Shown here: positions 59,860-64,000 of the stretch, piece by piece
How positions within the stretch are numbered: the stretch's first letter is position 1
How the letters are laid out: each line of letters begins with the position of its first letter
Source: Squalus acanthias
Lineage: Eukaryota
Direction of reading: 5' to 3'
Assembly: GCA_030390025.1 (NCBI GenBank)
Contig: CM059438.1
Span: forward strand, 71,178,001-71,242,000
Length of the DNA: 64,000 bases
Notes under the pieces: model-generated
Told to the model about the DNA's origin: nothing
Databases searched by the model: none
What the model saw: only the letters and a program-made list of their open reading frames with translations
Position numbers and translations under genes: made by a program

Positions 59860-61200
59860 GAAACTGCCCAATTTCACTCCTACAACATCGCTCCCTTTAT
59901 GTCCCTATTTCACCCTCACTGCTGCTGAAAGCCTCATCTACACCTTCATCACCTCAAGGCTTAATTTCTATAATGCTTTCTTTGCCAATCTGCTGAGCTT
60001 ATACATAAACTCTTACTCATCCACAACTCTGCTGGTTGTTTTCTAACCATTAACCATACTGAGCAAGTAATCTTAACCAAACTCACTCTCAGTGGGAAAC
60101 TGACGCAATCAGACTGACCGTTTTGCAAGCCGCCGAATTTAACTTCCCATAAAAGTAAAATGGGTGGCTGATTTGAATGCACCCATTTCCCACAGGACGA
60201 GTTAAGTTAAAATTACCCTCTAAGTCTTGTGCACCTACCATCCCTGTTCTCGCTGAGCTCTATTGACACCCCATCCCCCAGTATGTTGCCCATAATAGTG
60301 GGGCAGAATTTGCGGTGGTTATGACAGCGTACTCTGAGAGTCATACCACCTTTGAAATGGACAGCAAGCTCGGGATTTCCACATGCGCTTGTGCTGAATC
60401 CTGAACTTGCAAACTGTCAAGTTCCGACTTGACAGATCATCCGCTCTGACATTGAAAACCTAATTGCTGGTACAGAGTTGGGCTAATTGCCCATCAACTG
60501 CCCAGCAATTCTGCGTGAAAATTTTATGGCTGGTGCAAACAGGCGCAGAGCCTGGTTGCACAGCGTAAGGGGATAAACTTTTGGAAATCCAAGTATATAT
60601 TTAATTTTAAAAGCTTAAATTACAAGACAGTCTTTCAAGCTTACCGTCAGCCCCCATCAGAGTAGAAAACTCTTCCAAAGATTTTCAATAATATACAAAA
60701 TAACATTCCACTGTAGCCTGGCATATATCCTCTATTTTTATTTTTGGATGCAAATAAAAAGTTGCTGCATTTTACTTGAATGTTGCAAGCATTTACATAT
60801 AAGTAATTTCCCATGATAAAAATTTGGTTGGCTTGTGAGTGAGAGACCTTCTGTTTCCTGATTGGAGCACCGGCCCACGTGATCCCAGGTATGTTTCCGC
60901 ACATGCTGTGCCCCGGAATCCGTAGGCCACTATACTGCCCTCTATGACACAGCGTCTGCCAGCAAGTTCTCGAAGTTCAGCTAAGTACACATTCTGTTTG
61001 GATGCCGGCGGCGTAATCCATAGTTACGCCACCGACCGCAAAATCCAGGCTATTATTTTCAATTCCAAATCCTTCCTTGGCCTTGCTACAACCTACCTTT
61101 TCAACCTTCTGCAGCCCTGTGGCCCTGATTTTCGAACTCTGGTCTTCTATGTGTCCCTTCTCCATTCTCTTTTCCACTGTTGGTGGCAGAGCCTGCACTC
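59860..61200 (+). mobile_element. Old L2 fragment interrupted by MITEs
   Basis: AAESLIYTFITSRL before and KSFLGLATTYLFNLLQP after the inserts match the L2 C-terminus at 49158-49500. A small inverted-ended insert lies at about 60061-60220. Confidence 0.6.
60300..61051. mobile_element. Harbinger-like MITE
   Basis: Degenerate TIR GGGGCAGAATTTGCGG versus revcomp AGCCTGGATTTTGCGG. Contains CACGTGATCCC as in the other MITEs. About 750 bp. Confidence 0.6.
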
Positions 61201-61499
61201 TTGAACTGTGATGGGCACATGATGCACAATGGCCGCTTTGATGGATGAGTTTGATCATGTCTTTACCTAGCATCCACAACAACACACTTTCCAGCAGGGG
61301 TCATTAGACAGTGATCACAAGCATCAGACCTAGCTGATTTTTCACCTCCTTAACCCAGGAGCAATGGGACAATTTAATAGTCTCTTTGCACAGGGATTGA
61401 AGCTGGGTCCTTCTGAGCCAAGCCACTTAGTGCAGCCAGATCTGCCAATTGCCTGTGTTTGACTTTTTTCTGTGGCCTGATATTGTAGCCCCTATACCT

Positions 61500-61985
61500 G
61501 AGCCTAGATCATTTATTTATATTGAGATGAGTGATAGTCCTAACACTGACCCCTGGGAAACACTATTGTTTACATCCCTCCAGTCCAGAAAACATTTATT
61601 AACTACTACTCTCTGTTTACTGTTCTTTAACCAACTTTCTATCCATGCTGTCACACTTCCTTCAGTGTTGTGTTCCATAACTTAATCAAAAAGCCTCTCA
61701 TGCCACATCTTATCAAATGCCTTTGGAAAATCTATATACACAGTACCCACTCAATTTTTTAAATTAAAAAATACTTCAATATTTCTTCAAAGAACTCTAT
61801 TAAATTTATCTGACACCACTTGCATTTAAAAAATCCACACTGATGGTCCTTAATTTACCCAAGTCTGTCTACTTAATTTAGGCCTATTTGCCTATTATTA
61901 AACTGGCTTATGTGTTTCTCCCTTCTTGAATAGAGATGTTACATTGGCAACTCTCCAGTCCTCTGGCATAACTTTCATATCCATA
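61500..61985 (-). mobile_element. Old CR1 RT fragment
   Basis: Minus-strand remnants of VYIDFPKAFDK and SQGSVLG motifs. Confidence 0.65.
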
Positions 61986-64000
61986 TTTTGTACCCATCTA
62001 AACCATATTTAAAAAAGCCCAATGACATTCTTATTTTGAGTTTCTTGGATATAAAACTGAACAAAAATGATGACGAATTAATAATCGTCAATATGCAATA
62101 TATCGATTTGTTATTGGGTAAAATTGTTCGTACATTTCAGCCACCTTTTGATGCTTGTAGGAGCCCACCCCAGTGTTGTGACTGCCTACCAATTTTTCAT
62201 TTTTTTATTTTGGTAATTTTCCCTTTATTGTCTCCCTTCTAAACATTTACACTGTCCTTGGTTCACTCTGAGAATGTCTGCACCCTAATATCCTTCAATA
62301 CCACTTCTTGAGGAGCCCACCAAGAGACATACTTAAGCAATGCAGGAAGGTATTTATTTCATAGCACTTCTTCTGTCTACCCACAAATATCCTTGGCTTA
62401 GAGTATAAATTCACCATCTGGAGGAAGCCTGAGTATCAATGTCAGTTGAGAATGGCTTTTGAATCTGGGTCTCCTGGTCAGGATTAAATTGCTGTGCATT
62501 CAATATAATTTTTCCTATGATTACTAACTAACTCAGGCTTAACAAACTCAAGTTGTTAAACTACTGGAACTTCAGACATATTTCCCCATAAATAAGACAC
62601 TTATCATTAAAGGCTCTGTCCCTGCTATGCTTAGAATGTTTTGAGAAATTCCAGAATTAATTTTGGATTATTGCATCTTCATATGTGAAAATTCTGGAAT
62701 TTGTCCATTCTGGTCCCAGCAGTTTGCAGCAATCATGAACATCTTTAATCCAAATCTTCAAGATTATTGTGATAATTGTTATTTACAATTCCCCCCCCCC
62801 CCCCCACCTCTAATATCTTTCCTCAAGGGTTTTTGTCTCCAACACATCTGGGATAGCCCAAAGTAGCTTGAGCCAGACTCGAGCCATTCGTCTGGCTACA
62901 ACCCAGGTCGATATTATTAAAACAAATATACGAGCCATGGATGAACCACAAGACCACAGAAGGCTGGAGAGAGGGAGCGCTGTCATTAGCGAGTTTGCTG
63001 ATCAGATCACAGGGCTAGACGATGTCTGGCTCCCACCTGTCGAATGCTCTTGGCTCCAGTGAGCAGGATCTGCACCAGCATTCATCATCGACACACTTGG
63101 AAGTCCAAAAAGTTAAATGTGATAGTTGCCTCAGTTTACACATGGTAACAATGTGTTGAGATGTCAGCATGATTCCTTTATATTCAGTGGCAACAAGAAC
63201 ATTGGGTGAGTGCAAGATATTGTTTTTCTTTAACACTGATTCCTGCCAGGGTGTTTTATTCTGATAGTAGTAAAACAGGGTAATACAATCACATCCAAGC
63301 TCTCAGAGCCAAACGTGTGCGCTGGGAGCTTGCTCCAGCCCCATGCAAAATACAAAAAACTGCCCCGGCTGATCGCACCCAGCCACCAAGCTGGGACAAG
63401 CTGCATGTGTTCACTTATCTTGACTTGGTGATTAATGGAAAGCTACCTGGTATGGGTAGAGAGCAGCATTGCATGTTAATCAATGCTTTATGTGAGCACC
63501 TTTTTTATTCATATTACCAGATCAAAGATCACATCACCAGGGCAGCACCAGGGACTTTGAAATCATTTTAACCGACTGAATTGCATACTGTTGCATATGC
63601 ATGGCTGTATGTCAACAATTTAACCGAAGTGAGGCGCTGGACAATGGTGTGTGGTATGTTCCAAGGTGTTTCGGCTCCTTGGTGAGTTAGGTATAAAGAT
63701 CTGTGGCCAGTACTTAATTTACAATAAACTTAACGATGCATTGCCATCAGTGTTTCTGTTAGGAGGAACATAAAATCTGACTGTAAAACAAGGGATCAGC
63801 TTCAGTAATCAAAACACTTGCAAATTATGCCACAACTGCAATTTTTATATCATTGCATTTGAAATTCAATTACCTTCCCCACCCCCACTCCCCGCCCGCA
63901 TTTTCTCCACTCGTTAAGGTGCTGACTCATGCTGGGTTATGGTTTCATGGTTGCCAGCAGTCCTTTGGTACCTTACCCAAGAGGCCATTCTACACATGTA

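Overview
Vertebrate genomic DNA. The repeat content (CR1, L2, Penelope-like elements, Deu-domain SINEs, GC-rich MITEs) points to a cartilaginous fish such as a shark; this is inference. The only host coding sequence I can support is the first coding exon of pappalysin-1 (PAPPA) on the minus strand, 23937->23535. It encodes a signal peptide, a furin-type propeptide and the start of the LamG-like domain, and ends at a phase-1 GT donor. Positions 1-23534 are therefore intron 1 (exon 2 was not found in the window), and positions above about 24000 are 5'UTR, promoter and upstream DNA. The exon sits in an almost transposon-free, CpG-rich block of about 10 kb. The rest of the window is dense with often nested, decayed mobile elements: several LINE families, Penelope-like elements (PLEs), a solo LTR, PIF/Harbinger-type and hAT-type MITEs, and ancient SINEs. 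The most notable structure is two families of PLE terminal repeats carrying minimal hammerhead-ribozyme motifs. These include intact copies on the PAPPA pre-mRNA strand and a young palindromic double-hammerhead insertion about 0.4 kb into intron 1. I found no prokaryotic-type system or CRISPR array and no clearly new protein-coding system. Repeat family names come from my recall of consensus sequences, and repeat boundaries are approximate unless a TSD or TIR is quoted.
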